Positions 26,001 through 40,552 of a stretch of 64,000 bases of DNA are shown here, one piece after another. The DNA is from Balanoglossus misakiensis (Eukaryota > Animalia > Hemichordata). The translations under genes were made by a program, and so were the position numbers. The stretch covers positions 8,001,129 to 8,065,128 of the forward strand of contig CM082576.2 in NCBI GenBank assembly GCA_040954595.2. Reading direction: 5' to 3'. The notes beneath the pieces were generated by a model. It saw only the letters and a program-made list of their open reading frames with translations, was not told where the DNA came from and did no database searches. Each line of letters begins with the position of its first letter. Within the stretch, counting starts at the first letter, position 1.

Positions 26001-29000
26001 CCAACTTCTTTACATGTGGCCAATCTGATGAAGCTGATGCCTTGAAGACTCTGTCTGGCAAAGATCCCTTCACAACAGTCATGGTAAGTTCTGAGTTGGC
26101 TTAGTTTTCTAGACTCTTGTTTCTCACTGACTGGGGAGGGAGGAGTATAAAAGTGACCATGAGTGAATATGCTGGATGTTGGCCCAACTACAAATGATCC
26201 ATCAGTATGAAATAACACTGCAGATATAGCATCACCTGATAGTACAAACTTGTTGCTGAATGGATGGAGATGATGTTTCATTGTCAGGTCAAGGGTGTTC
26301 CACCACTGGGGCATTTGTACAAGACTCAGATAGCTGGCCTGTTCAGACAGTGCGGCAAAGGAAATCGACTCTTCTTTGAAGACACAAGGTATGGTTAAAA
26401 CTATAGTCCACCCTTAGTGATACGAGGGTGGAGGGGGGGGGGCAAAGATGATATTGGCAAGTGGTACTATAGTATAGTAATTTTGTGATAGAAATTTCTG
26501 TACAGTAAGCATTCTATCTTGGTGTTGTATTTTATGCAGTATTTTATGCATGGATGATGAGTTTTCAAAATTTGTATCAGCCAGAATTGAAATCTTTGCA
26601 GGTGCTATGTGGAGTTTGAGAAACCCCGAACAGCGGATGACCAGCCCATTGGCAACAACATTCTGCCAGCTGTGTACTTGGCCATCAAAATGAGGTGAAG
26701 TGTTTGCATTAGGAAAGGAGTCAAATGACAATAAGTGATGATAGATGATTAGTTTGCTGCAATAGTGTGCTTGAAAATTTCAGGATGGAATTTTAATGAA
26801 GTCGCCCTGTGCTGTTTCTTGGACAGTCTGCAATATCAAATTTTAACAGTTAACTGTGTTTTGCCTTCAAACGTAGACACCTGCGTATGAGACTGGAGCT
26901 GCAGTTGACAGAGATATCACCAGCTGATCAGAAACTTCTCAGCAAAGACACTTTTACACATGAGAACAAGCTGAAGACAAACAGGTATGGATATCACTGA
27001 CACTGAAATGAAAGGCAGATTTTTTGTCTGCCTACCACATTTTCTGTTATCAAATTAACATTTAATTTTTTCTAGCAGATTCCAATTACCTGAAACAAAA
27101 CAGCAATGCAGTGTGTGGAATATAGACTATACCGGTATAACTTCAATTTATTGTTGTCAGATTTGGAGTGATGTGTGATGACTCAGCCGGAAACACCAGT
27201 GGGATCAAGCTGATCACAGAAGACGGCGATGGACCCAGAAAGGTTGCACTTCCAGTCCCTGGTAACAACTGGGTGGATATATTTGTCACTGAGGTGAGCA
27301 CATGTCAGGAACTGTTAGAAAAAACTGCATGTTGATTGAAGACCCCCTTGTAAATATGGAAGATTTGATACCTTGAAATAGTTAAAACATTTCATTTTGG
27401 TTCAAGCCAGTTCTTCTGGAAATGGAAACAGTCACTGCAGTGAAATGACATGCATCACCCCTACATGTACCGGTATGTTCATTCTGTCACAGTAAGCAGG
27501 CACCAATCATTTCTGAAACTGATACATGTACTTGTAACTTCTGTTCCAGGTAGTGGAAGCCAATCATTTCTGGGCCCACTACGGTGACTTTGAAACCTTT
27601 GACAAGTTACGCAACTTGATGGAGACCATCAACCAGTATGACGGGTACAATCTAAAGGTATTGTAATAAGCATCTATTAAATATTGATCTTGTTCATTTA
27701 TTATATGGATATGTGGATGTCAACAATCAAACAAGCCAAGAAAGAAGTTGCAAATTACGCTTTTGGTGTTTTCTGTGGTAATGACTTACAATTGCAGATC
27801 AATCTTTGCTGTCATGGTCTCGTTTGTGTGTGTTTTTTCAGCCAGTTTCAAAGGATCTGCAACGTGGCAACTGTTGCCTTGCTCCGTATGAAGATGACGG
27901 TGATAAGTACTACAGAGCCCGAGTTGAGAGTCTGTCAGGCAGTGTAGCAGAGGTAATTAGAAACGATGAATATGATGATTTTCACAATGCTTTTGGACAT
28001 CAAAGACATGCATAACAACTGTTTTAATTCTATTGTGGCAGTGTACAGAAATTAAAGACAGTCAGTTGAACAGAAAAAACAGCATTGAGAGACACTGAGC
28101 TCAGAAATGGAATATGTTTGTTCTCGTTGCATCAGGTGTTTTATGTTGACTATGGCAACATTGGTAGAGTTGAGAGATGCAAAATACGTGAGATTACTCC
28201 AGAACTGTTAAACCTACCATTCCAGGTAAGAATTATGGTACTGGAAACCAATATTTTCATCGTGGACTTTTGAATTCTGGATTCAAACTCGATTTTCAAC
28301 ATCAGTGCATATGTTACAAGTCTACTTGTCATGTTGACAAACCGAATCCTGCATTTCCATCACATGCTTCTCTCTTTACAGCATTTCCTTATTTACATAT
28401 CTGTGAAAACTGGGGGAAATCATCCGGGAAGTTGTAGAATTTTTGTGAGGGGTGATTTGTGACTTCACATGTCTGACTAGATTTGCTTGCTGTCCCTACC
28501 TACTTTATTCTTTTGCTGAACTTGCTTTGTCATATCTGTTTAATAAACTGTACAGGCATTTGAGTGTGTCCTGCAGGGCATCAAACCATTCTACAGACTG
28601 CCAGACGGCAGATGGATGCCTCAAGCCAGAGAGACGCTCATTCAACTCGTCTCCAGTAAGATCATGTTTGCCAAGGTATGAGCCTTATACTGACATGACC
28701 TGCCTTGTGTGAGAAACCCAGTAATGCAAGCCTGACTGGTCAAGCATAACATCAAGTCAAAATATTGTGCCAGCAATGGAATTGAGACACATGGTGGCAG
28801 ATCTCACAGACAGTCATCAGGGAGCTGAAGCTAAATATTGTTTTTTATCATTTTCAGATTTATTCCATCATAAGGAATACACTCAGAATCGATCTGATTG
28901 ACACCACCCAAGATCCTCAGCTGAATATAAATGATCTTCTGATCAAGATGGAATTTGCAGAGAAAGCTGATGAACCCTATACTTCTAAGGTTGGTACTGT

Positions 29001-31614
29001 CTGCCTGCCTATCTTTTGTACCGTACATGGATATGGTCATTAAGCTAGACCATTGGATGGATGGGTGTGTGGATGGATTTGTTTGTTTATTTGTTTAATG
29101 TTTGTTTGTTTGGGTCTTTTGTCAAGCGTAGCTGTATTCATAGTTTGCTCATGCAGTATATACTGGAACACTCGGAGAGTGAAAACTCACTTTTTCATAT
29201 CTGCAGCTAAATCATGAGCAGAGAGAAGAGGCTGATATCAGAACCAATGTGGATGAACACTGGGTGGAGATTCCGCAAGAAACAGTGATGAGAGTCTTGG
29301 AGCAGGGAAGAAAGAGGGGCAGGGTGAGTGAGAGTTTTGATGTTGTCTGGCTTCTACAAGAAATGTTATCAATTTTGTCTTCTTCCAAAATAAATTGATT
29401 TCAAATAAAACACACCGATATCATGCCTTAACTAGAAAATCATGCAGTTTTCTCATCATTCTGCATGTACAGGTATTTCTCCATGGTCCATTCAGTCCTT
29501 ATGAGATGAACTTCTATCCCATGACCCAGATTGGAAGTTACAGGTAATGTGCATAAAAACACTCAAAATGACTTGAAAAGTGTGCACTATTAATTTGGTA
29601 ATGAAACACAAGAGTTACAGAACTTCAACCAATTCACACCATATCCCTGAATGTGTAGCATTTCATTGAAGTGATAAGATCGTAAAAAAGCAAAGGACAT
29701 TACATGTATAGAAAAACAACAGCATAGCCAGAGATTATAACAAGCTTGCATATGATATGCATTGGCTTTTCCAGGGCCACTCGCATTGAACCAAACAGTG
29801 TGAACTCTGTTGCTCTGACCGAAGAACCGCAAGACAAACACGACAGGATGATGGTGGCCGCTCATGTCAGTGTCAACAGTTCAGGCAGTGCCTTGGTTGC
29901 CAGGGATACCACACTGATGCCGAACATCCACGGGCTGCCGGCGCTGGTCGCTATGCTGTTTGCGCCGACGATGGAACTCAGGTAACTTTGAACTTCACTC
30001 TGTAAGCAGTACGGTACTCTTCTGAGAGCAGAAAATTAATCAGTGTCAGGGAGTGTAATACATGTACCGTATATGATTTATACATCACAACGTTTCTACA
30101 TGTACTGTGAATGTGGCCCATACAGTAGGATTTTCTCTTGTTAAGAACTGGGAATGATATTTTACATTTTCATGAGTAAAAAATATTAAGTGTAACATTG
30201 AGAAAGTTTAGCCCCTCAGAATGTGCAAATGCAAGGGGTTATAATGATACTGCCATGACTCGAAACGATAATTTGCCATGCTTCTATCCCAGAACTGACC
30301 CACTGAAGAGGCGATACACAGGAGCACTATGTGGGCTTGGATGGGACCCGGACACCAATGGACCAGCTTTACCAGATCACGACATGGAGATTACGTTTGA
30401 CGTCAACATCACAGCAGATGATATCACCATGGTGAGAAGACAATCAATTGGTGAAGTGGCTTGAGAGTCAAATTTCAATTTCCTCGCAAAGTTTAGTCGG
30501 TTTCTGTTTTTCTTGGCTTTATGTTTCTGTGTTTAGATCAACGGTGTACGCATGGCAGTCAACCTTGCTGTCGGCAGTGAAGATGCCATAGCGGACTGGG
30601 GACCTGCGGCCATCTACAAAATTCAGAAGTCTGCACGGGACAAACTGTTAAGGTAGGACAGCCAGTGACACCCCACCCCCACTCCCCGAGACTCTACCCT
30701 TACCACATACCCGATCCATATCTGTAGCCATAACACTAACCCTGATGGGTATATCCAGGGGTAACCACCCTGATACCAGTACTGGTGCATCTACGGTATT
30801 TCACGGTCTTCTGGTTCCTTGACAATCTCTGGTAATTTCCTGATGATATCTACCAGATCGTTTCACTTAGCTGTTTTCATATTGATTTCGTTTTGCCCAC
30901 AGATTGGTCATGAAACGCAGAGAGGCAGTGATACCATATAGTTTTGAGAGACCATACAGATGGAATCTGGTGAGTTTTTTAAAGAAAATTTCAATTCAGT
31001 AGTGAAATATGTGACGTATACACATGGGACAGCTAGGTGTTGAAACAGAATGACTACAAATTTTGAATTGTTCATTAATTTTATGCTCAGAAAGAAACAA
31101 TGGCTTTTTTGCCGTATATCTCAAAATGAACTTTCCTTGCAGGTCAACCCAGATGACTTACTCCCCCATGGACTGGAGAACACCACGGCGGACTGTCCAG
31201 TGCTGTATCAGCTGCATGACGGCATAGCTGTGTCTGGCCATGTCGAGGAATTATCCGAAGATTCAGTTGAGAAGAGACAGAAACTGATTGCCCATGTGAT
31301 GGACCTCAGAAACCGCTCTGGCAGGTATGTGTGTGGTGTGGTGTAATAATATCTTTGCACAATTAATTTTACATTAAGCAGTCATTGTAGTATGCGTACA
31401 TGTAGTTGATGGTTTTTATGGCATGGCTATCTATGGAGTGAGTCTACATGCTTTTCAGGGAGATAATGAAATATTTTTGTCTCACAGGTCAATGGTATCA
31501 GATCCCATTGTGTGTCAACTGTGCCAGGTTCTTTGTCAGACTCCCAGGGATCTTCTGCTGCACCTGGAAACCAGAGCTCACCAGTCTGAAGAGAGAGAGC
31601 TCTATCATCTGTAG
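20009..31614 (+). CDS. TDRD9: ATP-dependent DExH RNA helicase with Tudor domain (TDRD9 / spindle-E), >30 exons
   Basis: ITLEQIDEWF N-terminus, GSTGSGKTTQVPQYIL, VTQPRRIAA, ILDE|VHER, LMSAT, LPLHS, LATNIAESSITVPD, QRKGRAGR, HA2 region GDLTFVGRVLASLPVD, Tudor region YYRARV...VFYVDYGN...LPFQAFEC, TLMPNIHGLPAL, C-terminal CxxC...H zinc finger. Confidence 0.95.
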
Positions 31615-32467
31615 TAAACTGTTGAAATGTTCAGTGGCAGACTTCGCCAAAATGACAGCCAAACATACAAGTGTTACTTTTTGCAGAGCACCATTTGTAT
31701 TGCACTGCATCCAAAGAAAATGCAATCATGATGATAGATCAGTTAGTGAGTGAACGTTTCAAATGAAGAGTTGAGTGGATGATGCTGAGATCAGTTGGTA
31801 AAATCGTTAGAATTTGTTTGTTTGTCTTATTTTTTGGTGGGGGGGGGGGGGGGAAGAAGTAAATTTGTAGCCACCAGTATTGCGAAGTCTTGATATAAGT
31901 TAAAAGTTTGGAACAGGAGACGTGTACTTAAGAATGTCTAGATGCATCGAAGTGGAACCATCATTGAACAAAGTACCGGTAAGGTTCCATTGGGGAATTG
32001 AATTGATGAAGTTAGGAAAGCCCTCAGCATTTTTTTTGTTACAAGACAATCATGAAAGATAAGTGATCCAAAAAAGGAAAAGTGAAAGAAAACACTTAAA
32101 TTTAAAGATTTAGAGTTGCTTGTTTCAGAGTCTGCATGCTCAATATAATGTATGGGTTTAGGTGTTCACTTGTGCATGTACTTTACTAATAAAACAAGAT
32201 TTTGTTTGAAGGAATACTGTGTGTCTGTTTCTATTCTTTCTCTTGCACGATATGAGGGATTACACTCCAAACTTGGTGAAATTTTAATGTTCAGTTCAAT
32301 ATGACATTGAAGCATCCATGGTATAAAGAAGAACTTTCGTTCGAATACTCCTGGGGAAATAGAATGACTAGCCCGGGCGCCCTAACTCATCTCAACTAAA
32401 TGGGAGTTGAACTTTGACCCTGTCCTCGGTCACGTTTTTACACTGACTTGCGTGGCCTCACCCAGAC

Positions 32468-32498
32468 TGCGCAGGCGCCCAACGCTACCGCGCCAAAA
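32468..32498 (+). promoter_or_regulatory. Claspin proximal promoter with NRF1-like and E2F-like sites
   Basis: TGCGCAGGCGC (32468-32478) and CGCGCCAAAA (32489-32498, reverse of TTTTGGCGCG) about 110-140 bp upstream of the ATG; claspin is an established E2F target. Confidence 0.55.
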
Positions 32499-32606
32499 GA
32501 CGAAATGAAAATACTTGTGTAGCTGTTTTGGAAGGGTGGCTATGATACGTCTTTTGTGTTTTGAAAAGAAGTAATTTCATTTCAAGGCAACTCAGTCGAA
32601 ACCAAG

Positions 32607-35600
32607 ATGCTGGGGACAGTAGATGAGCCTATGGAGAAGGTATTTTTTAATTTGCGTTTTTCTGTCGTGCAAGTTGCAGGCTCTTCAAAAAGTGGGCAGA
32701 TCTCTAACATTGCCATTTACTCGCGGGATTTATTTGTCGTGGAAACTATCGAATAATAAGTTCCTCACTCTTTTTCCATAATATGCCAAAATATCGGATC
32801 TTTCCTGTTTAGCAATTGATAATCCAACACTTCATTCCCCTCGGCCTTTGTCAGTGATGTACATTGCGTCCTGAGTCCTTGTTCATTCCATGGTGACAAT
32901 GGGTGAGATGTCGTCAAATGTTGCAGGCTGTTGTCATAGAAACTGACTTACCTGAAGAGTTCAAGACCACGGTGTCAAGACTAATATTACTTGCATTGTC
33001 AAAAGCTGTAATCACAACCACGGTTACTAGAAACCGTGTCACAACACAGTAGACCAGACACTGCAGAAAAGTCTGGTCTAAAATACTAGTAAATACTACT
33101 AATAATAAACATTTGTCTGCTAACAAGGCAAGGCGTTGGATTTGACCCCCAAAAGTAGGAAATTAAACAAAATAAAATAGAAATGCACATTTTCATGACA
33201 TTCTGTGTATTTGTTATTCTTTCAGGCTCTGTCTCAAGTGGCAGTTGCAGATAATGATTTGTTTGATGCAGAGTTGGAAAGCGGCAGTGACTCTGAAACG
33301 AAGAGTCAGAAGATCATCAATGCAATAAAAATGAACAACAGTAAGAAAGGTATGTGGGGGAAAATGAAAATGGTTAACAATTCTTTCATAAGCTCTGTAT
33401 GCGAGATATTGGACTTGCCCACGGCAGGCTCATCCAATACACTGCAAATGGAACTCTTGTTCAAATGTGGATATCCTTCTGTACCTTTACACCTTTGAAA
33501 TTTTCCCCCTGAATTTCAGATGAAGTTTTAGCAAGTGACCCTAAGGATAGTGCCGTCGACAGTAGTGATGATGAAGTTATCAAGCCAATCCGCAGGAGGA
33601 AACATTCACCTAAAACCAAGGAAAATAACCAAAATGAAAGTAACATTCCTGTGAGAAGGAAAGCAAAGCCTCACATGATACTGGATAGTGATGAAGATAG
33701 TGACGACGATGGTAATGTTGCCTCCGCCAGACTTACACCAGAAAATAATAAAAGTGAACAAAATGGCGCGAACTCTGATAGTGACAGTGGTAATGAACGA
33801 GACTCAGAGGGAGAAAAGCATGTGGTGTCATCAGCTAAAAAGAAAAATAGATCCATTATTGAAAGTGATGATGACGATGATGAAGGAATAGATAGTTTAG
33901 AACCAGTGATGAGAAAACCTGTGCTCGATAGTGATGAGGATGATGATGTATATGACAATGAACACGAAAATAATGATGAACATCACATGGAGGAAGATGA
34001 AGAAAGGCAGCAGGAGGAAGAGGAGGAGGAAGAAGAAATGAATGAGGAAGGACCGCTTGTCAGGGCTGGAAAGAAAAAGAGCAAGAAGTCAAAGGTATTT
34101 AAAGTGTAGCCTCTTGTACATTCACTTCAAATTAATTAACATGCATGGCTGTGAGCAAGACATTGCTTATTGTGAAAATACAAGCACTGTGATAATCCAC
34201 TGAAATTCTCTTGATTTCTTCAGGAACCTAAAATCCTGGAGCCAAGACGAACCAAGAAGGCTGCTCTTGAACAAATACACAGTGAAAGTCAGAGACTAGT
34301 AAGGGGTGAGTAAACTAATTTGCATTCACGGTAGAAATAAACAGCTACTGGTCATCAATGTGGTTCCAAAAAAAATGTAAGATTTTTGAACCTTGACATC
34401 ATAGTTTCAGATTCATTAACATAATTGAAATCAAGTGAATGATGACTAGAATGCTATTTCTGAACTACATTGTATCACTCATTGTCTTGACAGAATCTTC
34501 TCTGAGCCTGCCTTATCACAAACCCAAACCGCTGACCCTGGATGACTTCTTCAAGAAGAAATCCATCATCCAAGAACTACAACCGGTCAAAGGCCGCTTC
34601 AAGTGAGTATAGTTTTCATGTCAGTCAGTGGTTAGACAGAAACTTTCAAGACTAATAGTCAATTTCTTATGGCGCACTTGAATAAAATATGATATTTTCT
34701 TTAATAAGGAAACCCAAAGCAGCAATCAAACTAGTGGATCTTGCGATACAAAGCAAAGAGGAAAAAGAAGAGGAAAACAAGCAGAATCCAGAAAAGAATG
34801 ATAATCAGGAACCTGAAGAGACTGACGCAAACGCGGCCAGTGACGACATTGAAAAGGAGAGCGAGGAAAAAATAAAAGACTCCGGAATCTCGTCCACTCC
34901 TCAACAACAGCCAACAAAGTCTCAGGGGAAAACATCAGCTAAGCTGAGACTTCTGAAGGACTTGGCCGGCAAGACTCCAAAACTGAGCGGAACGTCAGAC
35001 AGCTTCATCGATCTGGATGATTCCGGGACTGGTGGGAGCAGGTCGTCTGCCAAGCTGAAAGGCATTCGGGAACTGATAAGTAGATTTCAGAAACACACGG
35101 CCAAGCCAAAACCAAAGGTAGCACAGGAAGTGCAGTTGAGGTAAGGCTGAGTTCTGTGGTTAGGTTGGCCTTTGATGAAGTTCATACATACTCAAATACT
35201 ACATGAAGTCGTTGGATAATTAATGAAGACAAGTATATGGGCCCCTGTTTGTAGTTATCCTAGACATCATGTTGTAACTGATCGGCACATTGCTGCCTAG
35301 TTGTGTTGTAACACTGACTGTGATTGGTTGATTCACAGCGTGGTGCAGAAGGAGACCACAGAGGCGGGCAAGGAGGAGCTGAAATGTAGCACTCTGACCG
35401 TGATGGTGAAAGAAGATGAAGAACTCGACCCAAAGATGCAAGTACCAGGTCAGTTGAAAGAATTTTCTTCTTTCTATTAAAATGAAAACCTGGTAAAAAC
35501 CATGCAAAACAACCAACCACGGTTGTCATTTTTGATTGCAGCCTTTGTGGCTTCCTCTGCTGATAAAATTCATGTCAATTCATTTCCTTTCAAGAGCCTT

Positions 35601-38600
35601 GGTGTAGCATCACAATGTGTATTTATACAAGTGTTGGGTCAGTTTGGATTGATCAGGTTTAGAAATCTGCGAGTCATTCTTTGCGTAACTGTTTATTTCT
35701 CTCTTTCATTTTATATTGGTATGCAGAGTATCACGTGTGTATATTTAAGCCTTTTGTCGTGAAATACCTACATACCTGTATTTTAGCTGTTTTTCTCCAT
35801 CTGACACACTGCACACTTACTGCTTGTTGTACAGGCGCCAAGCTGATGAAGCTGAAAGAAGCGCTGCAGGCCAAGATGAAAGTCAAGAGAGAGCTGGAGA
35901 GGAAGAAACGCGAGGAGGCTTATCAGCTGGACAACGAGGAAGGTTTCTTTGGTGATGAGGTGGAAGAGGAGCTGACCGATCAGACTGACACAGATGATGA
36001 GGAGGAGGAGATGGATCAAGACGACATGGTGAGTTGCCATGGTTGCCAGTGATTGTAGCATCCCAAGCTGCCTATGTGAAATCATGGTTGTCATCCTTAT
36101 ATAAAGCTAGCATTTCTTCGGAGAAATGTGACATCCTGACGATTTAATTCTCTGTCAACCGCAGGGAATTGAAGGCATTGAAATGGAGGCTGAAGAAGCT
36201 GATGATGAGAGCGAGGGGGAAGGAGAAAACGATGAAAATGTAAAACCAACAAGCAAATCAATGAAAAGTAAAGAGTCCACGAATCTCAAACTAGACACCA
36301 GCATTCGAAGTGACCCGTCAAACTCCACGTCGTCGTTCAAGACTCCAGGCAAGGCCAACACAAGCGGCAGCACCACAACCACCCGCAGTGACGTCCAAAC
36401 GCCGGTCGCCCACATCAGCACAGAAACCATGAGTTTGTTTGACAGCACCAGCTCCCTGCCGGGAGATGGAAACGAAAGTCGCAAAGACTTGGAAAAGAAT
36501 GGCGGCGTTGGTTTCAACTTCAGCTCTATTAAGCAGAAGAAAGGTAAATGGATCATAAATTTCCAGAAATCTACATATTAATAATTAAGTTATAAGATAA
36601 TTGTTAATGTAGTACATGTATATTTATCTTGTCATGTTTTTGTCCAAATTTTAGGTCTTATTAAACACAAGTCGAAAGACTTTGGTGAGTATGATGAGTA
36701 CCTGAGTGATGGAGATGAGCTGGGTAAATTCCTGGAGAGCGACCAAGAAGAAAAGGGTGAAAGAGGTATGTATTTTGCACAGCCAAGCTTTCAAAATTTG
36801 GCTGTTGGAAACCCGGTTTGATGTAGGGAGGCCATTTTGCAATTTTTTAAGATAAACGATTGAGAATTTTGCCTTTTTTGTGAATGTTGAAACGGTAATT
36901 TCCTTCACATCTGGATTGTGTGTTTGTTCATTTTTTGTACTAAGGTTTTGTGGGTTTTTTTATCTGCAGACATTAAAAATACAAGTGTGAACAGCCTGGA
37001 CACCAGTCTTGACTTGGGCTCCACCATCCCAGCGTATCAGCCAGGTGGTGGCACTGGAGGTAACAGGGAGAAATGTCTGTCAGGCAGAAATTCACCAGAT
37101 CTGTTTACACCTTGGAGGAGGCGTAGTGGTGCATCTGCAAGCTCTCTGCAGAAGGTAGGTATTGTTCTGAACTGAATCAGAAGTTTAGCTCAACCAAGAG
37201 TAAAATCTGAGTCAAATAAGAGAAGTGATACATGTAGCTTAAATCCTAGTAAGGTTACCAATAGTTGACAGATAATTTTTTATCAAAAGTGAATCTGCTG
37301 AGATGTAGGATTTATTTATTACTCTCTATAAATAATTACCGGTACTCAATTTTCAGAGTTCCAGCAAGTTGTCTGAGTTGACACTACCGGTAGAAGACTC
37401 GCAAGATCTGTTCAATTCACCACCACCGTCAGAGAATTCCCAACTCAGCTCATCACAGAAACCACCATCAGATACACAGTCCCAGAGTTTCCATTTCAGT
37501 CTGGATGACGAAACACAGAGTCAGTTCCTTGATGAAAATGGGTAAGGGCATGGTTGGGTGCTTTTCAACTCTCTTATCTGGGATTGTGTAGCAGTCAGAG
37601 GGGAAAATGTGTTTAACGTTTAAGTGGGAAAAACAGTTTAACTCACGAAACACAAGTAGTCTAAGACTAACTAGATTATCACTATCAAAGCTTTGATATA
37701 CATAATATACTGTAGATTTAATTTTGTTCCATTCGCTTTTTAGCTTTCTGAATGTACGGAGCACCAGTAAACCCAAGACGTCCAAGAGACAGCTACAACT
37801 TAGTGTCGAGAGTGATGGATCCCAGGGAGGGATAGACGAGCTGCTGGGATTGTGTTCCGGCAAATTTGCTGAAGGTATATTTCCATCACTTGGCTTCATA
37901 ACAGATGATCAGGTCTTGCAATAGAAATGGAAAGATTTTTAAGGGATCTTGATAACAATCAAAATCTTGCCAAAGTGTTACTGATTTAAACAAAGTGTAA
38001 TTTACTAAAACCTGTTTTACTGGATATTTCATTAACTTTGTCACTTAATTTTTTTTTTCATTCCTTGACCAGATACCCAGGAATCCAACACATCTTCAAC
38101 CAAGGCCGGTGTACCAAGCAAAGGGAGAAGCCTGTTTTCCAGGTTCTCATCTGATCTCGGGACCAGTTCCCAGAGATCGAGCATGGACGAACTGCTGGGT
38201 CTCTGCTCAGGAACCTTCACTGAAAGGTGAGCTAGAAAATTTATGACAACTTATTACGGTTTGACTGGTGTGCTTGGACTTTGGCTGTCAGAGATACATG
38301 TACCTGCTTCTAACATGTATTAATCTATTTCAGTTCACAGAAAAAGAGCAGTGAAAAGGATGTTGCTGATGAGAGGGACGACGAGAGCGATGCATCGTTT
38401 CACATGTTGTCTGACGTGGAAGATAAAGATGAAGGCGAGGAGGAGGAAATTAGTAGGAAGAAAGATAGAAAGATGACCCGACCCATTGCATTCAGTGATG
38501 ATGAAGACGAGGAGGATGGTGGTGATGATGAGGATGATGGGATGGAAGGAGATTTAGAAGATGAATTGGATGAGGATGAAATGGATGCTATTGTCAAGAA

Positions 38601-40552
38601 ACAAAGGTAAAAGACTTTTTAACTTCAATGCTAACTTTCAACTGATAGTCTGTTTTTTTTTTTGCAGTCATGTCAAATATATTGTGCATGTAAATACCAC
38701 AAGTGGAACATTATTGTTTTGTGCAAATAATTTAACCTCAGCTCTTGCACAAACATTTGTTATAACTGATCGATTGATATTCTCTGGCATTCTGACACTA
38801 TTGCAGTCGGATAAATAAATTCATAGAAGACGAGGCGGAGTTATCCGGAAGCGATGTTGGAAGTGAGGATGAACCAGATGACGACGACGATGACTATGAA
38901 GAGGAGGCCATTGAGGAAGAGATGTTACCAGAGGAAGACCTCAAGAATCAAGTCAATAGAATTCACATGTAAGTTCAAATACATCAAGTGAATAAATTTC
39001 ACATTGTGTGTTCAACAGCCCTGCTTTATAACTGCTATGTAACTTGATATGGTAATTCATTTGTTTGTTCGTTCGTTCGTTCATTCATTTATTTATTCAT
39101 TCACTCATTCATTCAGGAAAACCATGGAGGATGATGATGCCAGGAGGTTGCGTTTGTACCAGGAGATGTACTTACAAGATGGTGATTTGTGGTCGGACGG
39201 CAAAGGCAGAATGAGAAGATTTAGGTGGAATAATATGGGTCAGTTGATTAACATAGCCATGAAATATAATGTATAACACATACACGAATGATGTCAGATG
39301 ATTTACTTTGAAATTAAATACCAGGTTTCAGTACATGGAAATTCTAACTTTGAATTTCATGTTTTGTGTTTGGATTCAGATGACGATGCGTCTGAAATGG
39401 ACATGTTTAGGAAGGATTCTGATGGAGAAGTCAGCGACAATGAAACTGAACAAGAGCTGAAGTGGAGGAAGGAGCGATATGAGAGAGAACGATGGCTGGA
39501 AGAACAACAAAAGGTAACTGGACGCAGAAATCACCCTGTAGCATTTATATCAAATGCATGCAGCAACATGCCCAACATGCAGCAATGGCTCTCAATTCCT
39601 TCATTTCCAGTGGCATTTTTTGAATTGTTTACTTCTTTAAATTGAATGATTTTAATTTCCTCACTTGTGCAGGAGAAGGCTGATGAAGGACCTGATTTGG
39701 ACGAAGACAGCCAGTTCACAAAGCTCATTAGAAATTTGGAAACGAAAAAGAAAGGTACCATCACTCTTTGTGACAATATGCGTGTGGGTGTGTGTTTTTC
39801 TCTGCAACTAGGTCAGACCAGCAAAACTGCAAGCAGGCTTTTTTAGATATTTCGATAAATTCCAGAAACTCTCTTCTACAGCAACCCCTAAGGAGCCTGC
39901 CGTACAAGCAACGAAGGAGAAGAATCCACTGAAAGAAAAGGGGACACTGGTGGTGCCTAAGCCAGTGCATCAAACTTTGGTAGGTGTCTGGATTTTACTG
40001 TTGCACGTGTTTTCCGTGTACACACTCCAGCTCTGGAGTCGAACATCAATGTAAAGTATATCTGATTATTTGTGCGGTAAACTCAAATTGCCAATAAAAA
40101 TGGAGTTAAGTCCCCCAGTATTCATGTAACACCTTATCTTCCTCACAGTTCCGGAGAGGATCATTCTTGTGTAGAAGTAAAGACGACCTAGCTAAGATCA
40201 GCGCTTTGGCGAAGCCACTTGGAAACCCGAATGGGCCGAAGAACTCCAGGAATTTTGTCTTCCAGACAGTTTCCCCGCCAAAGGATGAAGTCACAAAGAA
40301 ACCTCAGGTGAGTGTGAATCTGGGTCTTTTTAATTTGCCTTCATGCCAGGTATATGATCATGGAAAAACCCCTAAGGACCAGTTCATCCTATTTCTTGTT
40401 TCTCGGGATCTTACAAGATGTTAAACATATTTTTTCAGGTACGGAGGTCTATAAGTCAGATAGGATCAGCGAGTCAGCCAAACAGCAAAAGACCACGGTT
40501 GGACCGCAGCCATAGCACAGGAACTAATAAAAGTATATTCTCTCTTTTCTGA
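32607..40552 (+). CDS. CLSPN: Claspin (ATR-Chk1 checkpoint mediator), multi-exon
   Basis: [47 protein letters not shown], two Chk1-binding repeats [10 protein letters not shown] and [63 protein letters not shown], ends KSIFSLF. First exon (32607-32639) is less certain. Confidence 0.93.
39056..39114. repeat. Short (TTCG)/(TTCA) microsatellite forming the acceptor tract of a claspin intron
   Basis: TTCATTTGTTTGTTCGTTCGTTCGTTCATTCATT...CATTCAG immediately before the exon starting near 39117. Confidence 0.75.

Noticed and set aside
3682-31614. Functional link between the intact transposon and the piRNA helicase TDRD9
   Set aside because: Proximity only (15 kb apart, other genes between); no sequence evidence of a coupled system.
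33471-33480. ATATCCTTCT, a second U12-like 5' site, in claspin
   Set aside because: Lies within an ordinary GT-AG intron (33350-33519) whose flanking exons already join in frame; no matching branch/AC site is needed.
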